From contig JAQGDQ010002389.1 in the NCBI GenBank assembly GCA_030141605.1, positions 148,951 to 212,950 of the forward strand: a DNA stretch of 64,000 bases, written 5' to 3'. The translations under genes and the position numbers were made by a program. Below, piece by piece: positions 54,058 to 64,000 of this stretch (positions are counted from its first letter, which is position 1; each line of letters opens with the position of its first letter). The notes beneath the pieces were generated by a model that was not told the origin of the DNA, ran no database searches, and worked only from the letters and a program-made list of their open reading frames with translations. The DNA is from Tubiluchus corallicola (taxonomy: Eukaryota > Animalia > Priapulida).

Positions 54058-55146
54058 ATGGTATACCAAAAACAATCCTACTCCATTCTTGTCTGGCGGA
54101 GGTTCAAACAAAGTAAAGCCTCTCTTTTCAGCCTTACCATTGTCATTTTTCTGATACTCATCAGCATCTTTGCAGACTTTATATCCCCCAATAACCCTAC
54201 ACAACGAAATCCAAACAGTATCTATAGCCCACCAACATCTTTCCATTTTCAGACTCCAGAAGGAAAATTCTCTCTAATACCCTATATATACGCTAGCCTA
54301 GAAACATTCGATATGGAAACCATGAGCGTCAATTACGAGATCGATTACACAAATTATACAAGACTCACATTCTTTACAAGAAGCTGGTCCTATAAATTAC
54401 TGGGCATATCAACAGATTTTCACCTCATTGGAACACGAGACGAGCTCCCTGTTCACTTCTTCGGAACAGACGGATTAGGACGCGATGTCTTCTCCCGATG
54501 CCTCAAAGGAAGTCAGGTCACACTACTCCTTGCCTTTCTCGTTGTCACTTTCATAACCATTATTGGAACTACCATCGGCATGATATCAGCATACTACGGC
54601 GGGCGCCTTGATACACTCATCCAAAGAATTGTTGAAATTACACTCGCATTTCCCGAATTGCCCCTTTATATGGCTCTCATTTCCGTACTCCCTAAAACCG
54701 CCAGCTCTGCAACAATTTTCTTTATGCTGGTTTCTGTCCTTTCACTCTTAAAATGGGCACAGCTCTCTCGAGAAATTCGTGGAAAAACGCTCTCTTTAAA
54801 ATCTATTGAATATGTCAAAGCAGCTGAATCCGTCGGTGCTACAGATGCCCGCATTATCCGATGCCATATCCTCCCTAACCTGCTCTCGCATATTATTGTC
54901 ATCGTTACAATCAGTATCCCAAACCTCGTACTGATCGAAAGCTTTTTAAGTTTCTTAGGATTAGGAATACGGCAACCACAAATCAGTTGGGGATATATGC
55001 TTAATGCCACTCAGAATTTCCAAATTATCGGCTCCTACCCTTGGATGTTAACACCTGTCTTATTTATCTTACTGACAGTTCTTGGATTCAATGCCCTCGG
55101 AGATGCTCTTCGTGACTCTATCGATCCTTATGTCTACAAAAAATAG
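54058..55146 (+). CDS. ABC permease (DppC/AgpC-like)
   Basis: FGTDGLGRD, ESFLSFLGLG, GDALRDSIDP. Confidence 0.92.
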   Translation: MVYQKQSYSILVWRRFKQSKASLFSLTIVIFLILISIFADFISPNNPTQRNPNSIYSPPTSFHFQTPEGKFSLIPYIYASLETFDMETMSVNYEIDYTNYTRLTFFTRSWSYKLLGISTDFHLIGTRDELPVHFFGTDGLGRDVFSRCLKGSQVTLLLAFLVVTFITIIGTTIGMISAYYGGRLDTLIQRIVEITLAFPELPLYMALISVLPKTASSATIFFMLVSVLSLLKWAQLSREIRGKTLSLKSIEYVKAAESVGATDARIIRCHILPNLLSHIIVIVTISIPNLVLIESFLSFLGLGIRQPQISWGYMLNATQNFQIIGSYPWMLTPVLFILLTVLGFNALGDALRDSIDPYVYKK

Positions 55147-55154
55147 AGGCCTTT

Positions 55155-56837
55155 ATGCAACAAATCCCCCATCCACACAATAACAAAAAACAACATAACC
55201 ATTCCTCTCCCTTTGTCAATATACAAAATCTTTCCGTCTCTTTTCGAGTAGAAAATAATACTGTCAACGCTGTTAATAATTGTAGCTATACCCTTTATCC
55301 ACGCTATATGACCGCTCTTGTTGGAGAAAGCGGATCTGGAAAATCTGTTACTGCCCGATGTATCATGAGGCTCCTTGCGCCAAACGCAACTATCAACAAA
55401 GATAGCTCTATCTTCTTTAAAGGTGAAAATCTCCTTACAAAAACAGAAAAACAAATGCAAGCGCTCCGTGGCAAAAATATCTCTATGATCTTTCAAGAAC
55501 CAATGACCTCCTTAAATCCAGTTTATAAAATTGGTGAGCAAATTACAGAAACAATTCTCCTTCACCAAAATGTAAAAAAAACACACGCTATGGAGCAAGC
55601 AGAAGCTCTTCTTCAATCTGTGCAAATCCCCTACCCTGCAGAACGCCTCTTTCAATACCCTCATCAGCTTTCCGGCGGGCAAAGACAACGCGTGATGATC
55701 GCTATGGCGCTCGCCAATAACCCCGAGCTTCTTATCGCTGACGAGCCGACAACAGCATTGGACGTTACTGTCCAGGCCGAAATACTCCATTTACTTAAAA
55801 ACCTTAAAGAAAAACATAATGTCAGCATTCTTCTGATTACTCATGACCTCACAATCGTTAAGCAATTCGCCGATTATGTCTATATTATGCGCCATGGAAA
55901 AACAATAGAAGACGGAGTAACCGAAAAAATCTTTACAACCCCACAACAAAAATATACACAAAATTTACTCAACGCAGAACCTAAAGAAATCGCCCCTCCT
56001 TTCAGGCGGAAAACACCCACCGTAATAAAAGGAAAAAATATCAATGTAACCTTCACTATCCTCTCAGGAAGCTTCTTTAAAAGAAAAAAAACACCTATTC
56101 AAGCCGTCGATAACGTCAACATTACCGTCCAGCAAGGGCAAACACTTGGAATCGTCGGGGAAAGCGGCTCAGGAAAAACCACCCTAGGAATGGCTCTTAT
56201 TAAAATGCTAAAAGAAGGGCAAGGAAAAATCACCTTTCAAGGAACACGCATCGATTCTTATAGCCGTAAACAAATGCGCCCTCTCCGACAAAAAATACAA
56301 ATCGTCTTTCAGGATCCGTTTCTTTCACTCAATCCTCGTTTATCTATTGGGCAAATTATTCAAGAAGGGCTTATTATCAACAAAATAGGAAAAAACTTAC
56401 AGGAAAAACAAAGGATTGTTATACAGTCACTGGAAAAATGCGGCATGGAAGGAACTATACTGGATCGCTTCCCTCATGAATTCTCTGGAGGGCAAAGGCA
56501 GCGTATCGCTATTGCTCGTGCCATTGCTCTAAAACCAGAATTTATCCTGCTTGATGAACCAACATCCGCATTGGATTTAATTATACAAAAACAAATTATA
56601 ACTCTCCTAAAAGATCTGCAACAAAAAGAAAACCTCTCCTACATCTTTATTAGTCACGACTTACGCGTTATCAGAGCCTTATGTCACAACAGCCTTGTCA
56701 TGAAGTTTGGAAAAATCATCGAGTCAGGCTCGACAGCTAATGTTTTATCATCCCCTAAACATCCCTATACACGAAATTTAATCAATGCAGCCTTTAAAAT
56801 CGATATATCCAACCCTCAGCAGCAATTAACCGCCTGA
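55155..56837 (+). CDS. Fused double ABC ATPase (AgpD-like)
   Basis: Two Walker A motifs ([16 protein letters not shown]) and two SGGQRQR signatures. Confidence 0.94.
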   Translation: MQQIPHPHNNKKQHNHSSPFVNIQNLSVSFRVENNTVNAVNNCSYTLYPRYMTALVGESGSGKSVTARCIMRLLAPNATINKDSSIFFKGENLLTKTEKQMQALRGKNISMIFQEPMTSLNPVYKIGEQITETILLHQNVKKTHAMEQAEALLQSVQIPYPAERLFQYPHQLSGGQRQRVMIAMALANNPELLIADEPTTALDVTVQAEILHLLKNLKEKHNVSILLITHDLTIVKQFADYVYIMRHGKTIEDGVTEKIFTTPQQKYTQNLLNAEPKEIAPPFRRKTPTVIKGKNINVTFTILSGSFFKRKKTPIQAVDNVNITVQQGQTLGIVGESGSGKTTLGMALIKMLKEGQGKITFQGTRIDSYSRKQMRPLRQKIQIVFQDPFLSLNPRLSIGQIIQEGLIINKIGKNLQEKQRIVIQSLEKCGMEGTILDRFPHEFSGGQRQRIAIARAIALKPEFILLDEPTSALDLIIQKQIITLLKDLQQKENLSYIFISHDLRVIRALCHNSLVMKFGKIIESGSTANVLSSPKHPYTRNLINAAFKIDISNPQQQLTA

Positions 56838-56880
56838 ATATCTCTTAAAATATGAAAAATAAAAAATATAGGAGCAAAAA

Positions 56881-58203
56881 ATGAGTTTTAAAATAAGCTT
56901 TATCGGAGCGGGAAGTACCGTTTTTATGAAAAATATTGCCGGAGATATTCTTCACAACCCTCCTTTTAAAAATGCTATGTTCTCACTTCACGATATTGAC
57001 GAAAAACGATTAGAAGAGTCTACCCTTGTTGTACAAAAATTAGCAAAGACTTTAGGAGCCGATATTACATTAGAATCAACACTTAACCGCCACAAATCCC
57101 TTGAGGGCGCTGACTTTGTAATCGTCATGATCCAAGTTGGAGGCTATAAGCCATCAACAGTCATAGATTTTGAAATCCCTAAAAAATATGGCCTCAGGCA
57201 AACCATTGCTGATACTCTCGGGATTGGCGGAATTATGAGAGCGTTAAGAACTGTTCCCGTGCTCATTGATATATGTAACGATATGAGAGAAATCTGCCCT
57301 CAAGCCATCATGCTTAATTATGTTAACCCCATGGCGATTAATTCTTGGGCCATTTCCCGCATGGCGCCAGACATCAACTATATCGGCCTATGCCACTCCG
57401 TGCAGGGAACAGCTGAAATTCTAGCACAAGATATCGGCGTTGACATAAATAAACTGACCTACGATTGTGCAGGAATTAACCATATGGCTTTCTTTACAAA
57501 GTTCATGGTTCGTGAAAATGAACATAGCTTAAAAGATATCTACCCTCTTTTACGTTCCTTTGCTCAAAACGAAGACAATATTCCAAAAGATAATAAAGTC
57601 CGTTACGAAATCATGAGGCAATTTGGCTATTTTGTCACAGAATCCAGCGAACATTTCGCGGAATATTGCCCGTGGTTTATTAAACAAGATAGACATGACC
57701 TTATTGAAGCTTTTAATATTCCTCTAGACGAATATCCACGCCGCTGTGAAGAACAGATTGAACAGTGGGAAAAACAAGCAAAAGAATATCGCGAAAGCAA
57801 CACAATCTCCGTTGCCCAAAGCCATGAATACGCCGCGACAATACTCAATGCTTTCGCAACACACGAGCCCGCTGTGGTCTATGGGAATGTTCCTAATAAT
57901 GGGTTGATTGATAATCTTCCACAAGGATGCTCTGTAGAACTCGCCTGCTTTATCGATCGCAATGGAATTCAGCCTAAAAAATTCGGCTCTCTTCCTCCTC
58001 AGCTCGCTGCACTGATGCAAACAAATATTAATGTCCAATCTCTCATCGTCGCAGCCCTAGAAGAAGAAAATAAAAACTATATTTATCACGCCGCTATGCT
58101 TGACCCACATACAGCCGCAGAGCTTGATCTCCGCCAAATTAGACAGCTTGTTGATGATTTAATCCACGCCCATAAAGAATGGCTGCCATCATTTGCTCAA
58201 TAA
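56881..58203 (+). CDS. melA: GH4 NAD+/Mn2+-dependent alpha-galactosidase
   Basis: FIGAGSTVF, KYGLRQTIADT, NYVNP, GLCHSVQ, GINH, TESSEHFAEY. Confidence 0.92.
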   Translation: MSFKISFIGAGSTVFMKNIAGDILHNPPFKNAMFSLHDIDEKRLEESTLVVQKLAKTLGADITLESTLNRHKSLEGADFVIVMIQVGGYKPSTVIDFEIPKKYGLRQTIADTLGIGGIMRALRTVPVLIDICNDMREICPQAIMLNYVNPMAINSWAISRMAPDINYIGLCHSVQGTAEILAQDIGVDINKLTYDCAGINHMAFFTKFMVRENEHSLKDIYPLLRSFAQNEDNIPKDNKVRYEIMRQFGYFVTESSEHFAEYCPWFIKQDRHDLIEAFNIPLDEYPRRCEEQIEQWEKQAKEYRESNTISVAQSHEYAATILNAFATHEPAVVYGNVPNNGLIDNLPQGCSVELACFIDRNGIQPKKFGSLPPQLAALMQTNINVQSLIVAALEEENKNYIYHAAMLDPHTAAELDLRQIRQLVDDLIHAHKEWLPSFAQ

Positions 58204-58221
58204 AAAGAAGACTCTTTCTAT

Positions 58222-58263
58222 AAAAAAAGATCGACTTTTCTTCTTTTAGAAAAGCCGATCTTT
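58222..58263 (-). terminator. Intrinsic terminator between convergent operons
   Basis: Minus strand AAAGATCGGCTTTTCT ... AGAAAAGTCGATCTTTTTTT (G-U pair works on this strand). Confidence 0.72.
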
Positions 58264-58293
58264 CTCACGATTGTTTATATAGATTTGAATGAA

Positions 58294-59004
58294 CTATACC
58301 CACCCATTTTCTACAATATCTTTCGTTTCATTAATAGCAACTTTCCAAATCTCCAGCATAATCTCTTCGCTTTTTTCATAGTCACCACCAAAGTTCCCAT
58401 CGCCAGCTCGCTCGCGGATAGAAGTAGGAGAAAGCTGTGGAAATATGTCTGTATTTAAGACTTCTTTTTTCTCTTTTGGAACTGAAATCCCCTTGATTTT
58501 TGTCCAGGGAAAAGATTCCATCCATGACCCATGGCATGCAACGGAATCATAAGAATGAACTGCTTCCATAACACGTTTTCCTGCCCACCAATTATGCATA
58601 ATAACACGCGCATCTTCATGACAGGAAAGCCAATCATAAATCGCCCCTTGAACAACACTGTTTCCACCATGACCATTCACAATTAAAATACGGCGAAATG
58701 ATGAATTATAAAGGCTATCCAAAATCTCACAAATAACAGAACAATAAGTCTTTGCGGTTAACGTCACTGTTCCAGCATAGGCTGTAAAATATCGCGCCAA
58801 ACCATATGATAAAACAGGAAATACAGGAACATTACATATATCACCAACTTCCTGAGAAACATTTTGTGCTAAGATACTATCTGTGTGTAAACTTAAATAG
58901 CTATGCTGCTCTGTGCTTCCGATTGGTAAAATAACACGATCATCATTCTGTAAATACTCTTCAACCTGAAAAAAATTCATATCACTAATCAACATAATTT
59001 CCAA
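58294..59004 (-). CDS. Creatininase/cyclic amide amidohydrolase family protein
   Basis: PIGSTEQH...D, VNGHGGN, HGSWME metal ligands. Confidence 0.9.
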   Translation of the reverse strand: MEIMLISDMNFFQVEEYLQNDDRVILPIGSTEQHSYLSLHTDSILAQNVSQEVGDICNVPVFPVLSYGLARYFTAYAGTVTLTAKTYCSVICEILDSLYNSSFRRILIVNGHGGNSVVQGAIYDWLSCHEDARVIMHNWWAGKRVMEAVHSYDSVACHGSWMESFPWTKIKGISVPKEKKEVLNTDIFPQLSPTSIRERAGDGNFGGDYEKSEEIMLEIWKVAINETKDIVENGWV

Positions 59005-59046
59005 ACTCCTCCTATTCTATTTTTTCTAGCCTCATACACTCTTACT

Positions 59047-60537
59047 TTAAGATTTAAGATTATCGAAATGGCGCTTAATCGTTGCCTCCGAAACTTGCGG
59101 CGTTACCAAGCTAATTACTACCATCAATATCATTGAAGCAACCCAACTGATGATTAAAGGATCAAAGCCTCCAACAGGCAATATCCATCCTAATTTCATA
59201 ACAACATAAAAAATCTCGCCCACAATGACGGAGATAATCGCTGCAATAAGTGTAGACTTCCTCCAGTATATACCTAAAATCACAGGAGTCACCCAAATTC
59301 CTAAGCCTCCAAATGCAAAACGAATAAGATCAAAAATTGTCGCAGGCTTAATAATACCAATAATCACACCTGCAATACCAATTAAAACAGTAATAATCTG
59401 TGACAATTTTAAAATCTGCTTATCTGTCGCCTGAGGGTTAATAACATTCTGGTAAATATCCCGTGTAACTCCTCCGGTCGCTATAATTAATAACGCGTCA
59501 ATCGTCGACATGCCTGCTGACATAATTCCCGCGATAAGAATAGAGGCAATCACAGGATTAAGACTTTGCTGCAAAAGCATTGGAACAATAAAATCTGTCT
59601 CTTTTCCGGTTAAACCTATAATTGTAACAAGGGCATTTACACCTGCCCACTCAATTAATGTAGCAGAGAAAAGCATCCCAGCCGTTCCTAAAATTACAGC
59701 TTTAAATAATGTCTTAAAATTCTTCATTGTGAAAAATTTAGTAAATAATGTCGGCTGACCAATTGTAAAAAAGCTCCACATGATGATCATAGATACATAA
59801 ATCGGCCATCCATAATCATTCTTAGCACCAGGATGCGTTAAGTAAGCATGGCCATCATTCTCTATGATATTTTCTGTAATTGCTTCAAATCCACCACCTG
59901 CTTTCACAGATACATAAAATGTTACAATAGCTGTCGCTATCATTAAAATACCTTGCAAAACATCAGTCAACATAGCTCCTCGCATGCCACCTGCCATACA
60001 ATAAACAATGACAATAGCTCCCATGCCAACAACGCCAACCCACTCTGGAAGTCCTGTAAATGTATGCAAAATAACACCAGCTCCAACAGTTTGAGCACCA
60101 ATCATAGCTGTTAGAAAAATAACCATCATTGTCGCATGAAAAATACGAATACCACTGGATTCATAACGATCTGAAAGGTAATCAGCCATCGTTAAAAAAC
60201 CATAGCGATGGCCCATAACCATTAATTTACGACCAACAAAAAGAGCCGGAATAATCATTGAAAAAGCAAGACCAGGAACCGAAATACTCATCCCTGCAAA
60301 ACCTGTATTATAGGTAACAGCCGGAACACCTACAAACGTACCCATACTATATTGAGTCGCAAAATACGCAAGACCCGAAACAATAACGCCCGCTCTTCCG
60401 CCCATTACAAAAAATTCTTTTAACGAAGTTGTCTGCTTAGCAGCAACATATCCTATCGCCCCGATAATCATAAAATACATTGCCAAAACAGTAAAAAATG
60501 GCCCAGGCGTGGGCGTAACTAAAAACTCTTCACTCAT
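59047..60537 (-). CDS. Sodium:solute symporter (SSS, PanF/PutP-like)
   Basis: About 13 hydrophobic segments, ATQYSMGTFVG, GGMRGAMLTDVLQG, SAGMSTID. Confidence 0.92.
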   Translation of the reverse strand: MSEEFLVTPTPGPFFTVLAMYFMIIGAIGYVAAKQTTSLKEFFVMGGRAGVIVSGLAYFATQYSMGTFVGVPAVTYNTGFAGMSISVPGLAFSMIIPALFVGRKLMVMGHRYGFLTMADYLSDRYESSGIRIFHATMMVIFLTAMIGAQTVGAGVILHTFTGLPEWVGVVGMGAIVIVYCMAGGMRGAMLTDVLQGILMIATAIVTFYVSVKAGGGFEAITENIIENDGHAYLTHPGAKNDYGWPIYVSMIIMWSFFTIGQPTLFTKFFTMKNFKTLFKAVILGTAGMLFSATLIEWAGVNALVTIIGLTGKETDFIVPMLLQQSLNPVIASILIAGIMSAGMSTIDALLIIATGGVTRDIYQNVINPQATDKQILKLSQIITVLIGIAGVIIGIIKPATIFDLIRFAFGGLGIWVTPVILGIYWRKSTLIAAIISVIVGEIFYVVMKLGWILPVGGFDPLIISWVASMILMVVISLVTPQVSEATIKRHFDNLKS

Positions 60538-60631
60538 AATTGTCCTCTATCTTGATACTTTCATTGCACTCTAAAATCTACCCTGATTGGTAACAATAGT
60601 ATTAAAAAGCAGTCTTATATACCCATGCGAC

Positions 60632-60901
60632 TTAGCTCTCTTTTTGCAAAAGCGCCTCTTCCTTTTCTTTCTCAAAAGCAATATATTCAGCCCGAGAAAG
60701 GCATTGTTTCGCAAAAATTCCAATCGCTATAAGGACAACACAAGCATGCACAAGCCAGCCATAAACAAATAAAGGAACACCACCAAAACCAGCAATATAC
60801 TCTTCAGAATAAAACCATGGAAATGGTATCATGATGAAAACATATAAAAACATAAAAATACCAAACCATCTTTTCTCAAAAGAATTTTTTAAAACATCCA
60901 T
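60632..60901 (-). CDS. Small two-TM accessory protein of the SSS transporter
   Basis: Two hydrophobic helices, GVPLFVYGW, GGAGG RBS, directly upstream of the symporter. Confidence 0.8.
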   Translation of the reverse strand: MDVLKNSFEKRWFGIFMFLYVFIMIPFPWFYSEEYIAGFGGVPLFVYGWLVHACVVLIAIGIFAKQCLSRAEYIAFEKEKEEALLQKES

Positions 60902-61354
60902 TTACTTCCTCCAGTACAGGCAATAGCCATACAGAATAAAATTATTAAACTCCTTTTCCCTGCTAATAATTAATTTTAAAGGGAGCATGCTATCATAATA
61001 ATCGCGCTTTGTCGCCACTTTTTTTAAATCGTCTATTTCTTTACTTTATTTTATTAACTTCATCCACTAGGTAATTATATAATTACAAAAATAATAGTTT
61101 TAAATTTAATAGTTGAAATATAATATTGTTAATGATATTGTTCTAATATAAATTTTAGAATATTTTATGGCTTCACATACTCTTTATTTGTATGCGTTTG
61201 ATTCTTTATTTTTAATAGTAAGTAAATTATCTGCTGCTAAGCTGAGGTCGAGCCTGTAATATATAGAATTTAATATTCTGGTAATGAAGCATTGATTCAT
61301 TACTTTGATAATTTATAATAGCTTAATATATATGTCGATTAGGAGAGAAATTAC

Positions 61355-61558
61355 ATGGCAATTGGTACTATTAAGTGGTTTAACCCTGCTAAAGGGTTTG
61401 GCTTTATTATTCCTGAAGATGGTGGAAAAGATGTTTTTGTACATATTACCGCGTTAGGACCTTCAGGTATTGATACTTTAAATGAAGGAGATCGTATTAG
61501 CTATGAGCTAACCGATAATAACGGAAAAGTCTCAGCCACAGAATTAAAACTTATTTAA
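61355..61558 (+). CDS. Cold-shock protein (CspA family)
   Basis: GTIKWFN, KGFGFI, DVFVH; AGGAG RBS. Confidence 0.96.
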   Translation: MAIGTIKWFNPAKGFGFIIPEDGGKDVFVHITALGPSGIDTLNEGDRISYELTDNNGKVSATELKLI

Positions 61559-61578
61559 ACTCTTATTTAAGACCCATT

Positions 61579-61617
61579 AAGGCACATTAAAAATATTTTT
61601 AATGTGCCTTTTTTATT
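61579..61617 (+). terminator. Intrinsic terminator
   Basis: AAGGCACATTAAAAA-TA-TTTTTAATGTGCCTT perfect inverted repeat plus T run. Confidence 0.85.
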
Positions 61618-61904
61618 TTCATTACCTACTTTAAGTAGATAATGAAAATACCAAAAAATATCCCCTATTCAGTAAAAAAATGATTCCCATTAAAAATTAA
61701 CTTTTTTTAACATTCTTCTTCTCTTGTCTCTTGAAAAGCATAGAAACATACACAGCTCTATAATAGAAGAGAAATTTTTAAACTCTATATCTGATTGAAT
61801 TAAGTGGAATACTTGTTTATGGCAATAAACGCAACACTATAAGAAAATAAATATAATACTCCATTCCCAAACATAAAAAAGCATTCCTAAAAGAAAAGAA
61901 GAGA

Positions 61905-62615
61905 ATGTCAATGTTGACAATTACGCTACACCAAGCTCAAGAATGTGGATTATCTGATCTAGGATGGCTTAAAAGCCGCCATAGCTTTTCATGCGAAAGT
62001 TACTATGATCCCAACCATATGAACTTTAAGAATTTACAAGCGATTAATGATGACTATATTGTCGCAAATGCTGATTTTTCCATGCATACATATAAAAATG
62101 TAGAAATTATCTCCTATCTTGTTGATGGATTGCTAAAACATAAAGACAGTAGAGGAAATAGCTTAACCATGCAATCAGGAGATGTGCAATGTATACATGC
62201 CGGTACAGGCATTACATGTGATGAAAAAAATATGTCTAAAGAAAAAGAAGCTCACTTTCTACAAATTATTTTTACACCGAATAAGATAAATATAAAACCA
62301 ACTTATGAATATAGGCATTTTTCAAACAAAGAAAAACAAGGAAAATTGTGCCTTATCGCCTCTCCATTAGGAGAAGGGCATTCCCTTTCTATTAATCAAA
62401 ATGTTAAAATTTACAGCACCTTACTTACCAATGAGGAAAAAATTATCTTCCCTATAATAAAAAACCACAGTATATGGGTTCATATTGTTCGTGGCCACGT
62501 TAAACTTAACGACTATACCTTATGCACAGGAGATGGAGCTGCTGTTAATGGAAACGGAAATATGATTCTTAAAGGAAGTGACTCAGAATTTCTTCTCTTT
62601 GACATGGCGTCATAA
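61905..62615 (+). CDS. Pirin/YhhW-YhaK bicupin with altered metal ligands
   Basis: GWLKSRHSFS..YYDP, INDD, HKDSRGN, AGTG, FLQI, GDGAA, LLFD. Confidence 0.9.
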   Translation: MSMLTITLHQAQECGLSDLGWLKSRHSFSCESYYDPNHMNFKNLQAINDDYIVANADFSMHTYKNVEIISYLVDGLLKHKDSRGNSLTMQSGDVQCIHAGTGITCDEKNMSKEKEAHFLQIIFTPNKINIKPTYEYRHFSNKEKQGKLCLIASPLGEGHSLSINQNVKIYSTLLTNEEKIIFPIIKNHSIWVHIVRGHVKLNDYTLCTGDGAAVNGNGNMILKGSDSEFLLFDMAS

Positions 62616-62639
62616 CCTTTAATTAATCCATAGATTAAA

Positions 62640-64000
62640 TTACATCACGCTATCATCTTCCCCTATGCCAATAATACTGGACTGAAGAAGAAATAAATCC
62701 ATATCCTCTAGCTGGATTAGAACAAAAGTATTTTCATCTCTGGAAACATCTATAACACTATGTCCACTACTTTCGTCGTGAGAAATGTCTAAAGAAGCCT
62801 CCGCTCCCCACGCTTCAAAAACACTCGAAAGATCAATCGTATCTTCATCAGGATTAAAATCTTCTATATAAAATACTATACCGCTATCTTCTTCACTAAA
62901 AGAAAATTGATCACTCTCTTCTGTTGCAAAAAGAACAGAGATATCATCCTCAGAAGACTCATCAACTAAATCACTCAAAAATAAAGCTGCATCACCCATT
63001 GAGGCCATAGAAAATAACGTCGTGCCGCCAACTGCATCATTAACATCAATCGTCGTGGTAATAATATTGCTCACAATATCATATTCCTCATACATGACAA
63101 ATATTTCTACCTCACGTGTATCTCCAACAACATCTTCTTCTCTTAAAACTGTAGAATTATATGTAATACTTTCAAGCACTGGCACATAACTCTCCGATAA
63201 CATCAGACCTCTGAAAATCAACACACCTTCCGCTTCATTATACTCTACACTTACCCCTCGCGGCACAAGAAGCTGATCCCACTCTAAAACATCACCAGGA
63301 GAAACATTGATGATATCAACCTCCGCATAGTCTATAATAGTAGATGAAATAATGAGCTGATCATTGCTAAACAGATTAACCTCTCCTGTCTTTCCCCATA
63401 CCCACGTTACAGACGCACTACTATCCAAAAGAGTTCCATTTTCATCAATAGTCTGGCTATAAATATCATCATCCCCTCCCTGCCATGTAATAATAACGCT
63501 TCCATCAGAAAGAAGCTCCGCTGAAGGAAGAAATCCTGCGAATTGAGAAGCAACTGGAATTATAGGGCCATGCTTATTATTATTCTCATCAAAAATTTGC
63601 GCGAATATCATAATCTGTGAGGAAAGAGAATCCCAATTTTCCCAAGTAACAAGCCACCCTCCTGTTTCCAAACCAACAACAGAAGGTGACTGATTCAAAA
63701 ATGAACCAGCCGGAAAAACATCAATTTTTTCAGCAATAAGCTCAGAACGACCATTATATACATTCGCAAAAATTTTAAATAAACCATCGCTATTATCAAA
63801 TATACCCCACGTCACAACAAATCCACCAAATCTGCCATCTACCTTCAATGCAGCTGTTGATACAGACCATTGAGGATTTTGAACATCGCTGATGAAAACT
63901 TCTGGCCCCAAAGGAAAACCCGTTTTCAAAAAACGTTGCCCACGTATCTGATATTGGGAATCGACTAAATGTTGCCACGCAACAAGAATTGTTTCATCTT
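62640..64000 (-). CDS. 3' part of a large acidic secreted/surface protein (repeat units, Ig/cadherin-like domain, T1SS-type C-terminus); 5' end outside the window
   Basis: Frame stays open to the edge (DETILVAWQH...GQRF); repeats GGFVVTW / GGWLVTW / GSVIITW; IEDFNPDEDTIDLS near the C-terminus. Confidence 0.8.
   Translation of the reverse strand, partial: DETILVAWQHLVDSQYQIRGQRFLKTGFPLGPEVFISDVQNPQWSVSTAALKVDGRFGGFVVTWGIFDNSDGLFKIFANVYNGRSELIAEKIDVFPAGSFLNQSPSVVGLETGGWLVTWENWDSLSSQIMIFAQIFDENNNKHGPIIPVASQFAGFLPSAELLSDGSVIITWQGGDDDIYSQTIDENGTLLDSSASVTWVWGKTGEVNLFSNDQLIISSTIIDYAEVDIINVSPGDVLEWDQLLVPRGVSVEYNEAEGVLIFRGLMLSESYVPVLESITYNSTVLREEDVVGDTREVEIFVMYEEYDIVSNIITTTIDVNDAVGGTTLFSMASMGDAALFLSDLVDESSEDDISVLFATEESDQFSFSEEDSGIVFYIEDFNPDEDTIDLSSVFEAWGAEASLDISHDESSGHSVIDVSRDENTFVLIQLEDMDLFLLQSSIIGIGEDDSVM

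Noticed and set aside
60945-61020. Sigma54-like TGGC...GC and a riboswitch-like hairpin upstream of the symporter operon
   Set aside because: GG-to-GC spacing is one base short, and the hairpin is weak with no recognisable aptamer core

Overview
AT-rich alphaproteobacterial chromosome segment made almost entirely of housekeeping and transport genes. The assignment is inferred from gene order and protein style (isc-hydrolase-tyrS, psd-pssA, gshA-rsmE/ubiA, thiE-efp-suhB, secB/tim44-mltA-smr, a DivK-like receiver). Contents: a partial periplasmic-sensor/PAS histidine kinase, a complete ISC Fe-S assembly operon with an IscR box, an Opp peptide ABC operon, lipid, quinone and glutathione genes, clpSA, an Agp-type alpha-galactoside ABC system with GH4 melA, a symporter plus creatininase-family operon, cspA, a pirin and the 3' end of a large acidic T1SS-type surface protein. 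I see no rRNA, tRNA, CRISPR, IS, phage or defence genes, and I cannot claim a clearly new multi-gene system. The best leads are: (i) four full-length genes that have lost canonical catalytic or ligand residues (SuhB, the iscR-divergent alpha/beta hydrolase, the DivK-like receiver, the pirin); (ii) an smr gene split by a -1 shift at an A9 tract; (iii) unannotated structured leaders upstream of an NSS transporter, the 2[4Fe-4S] ferredoxin and iscR; (iv) an uptake/amidohydrolase operon of unknown substrate. All family calls are motif recognition by eye, without database searches.
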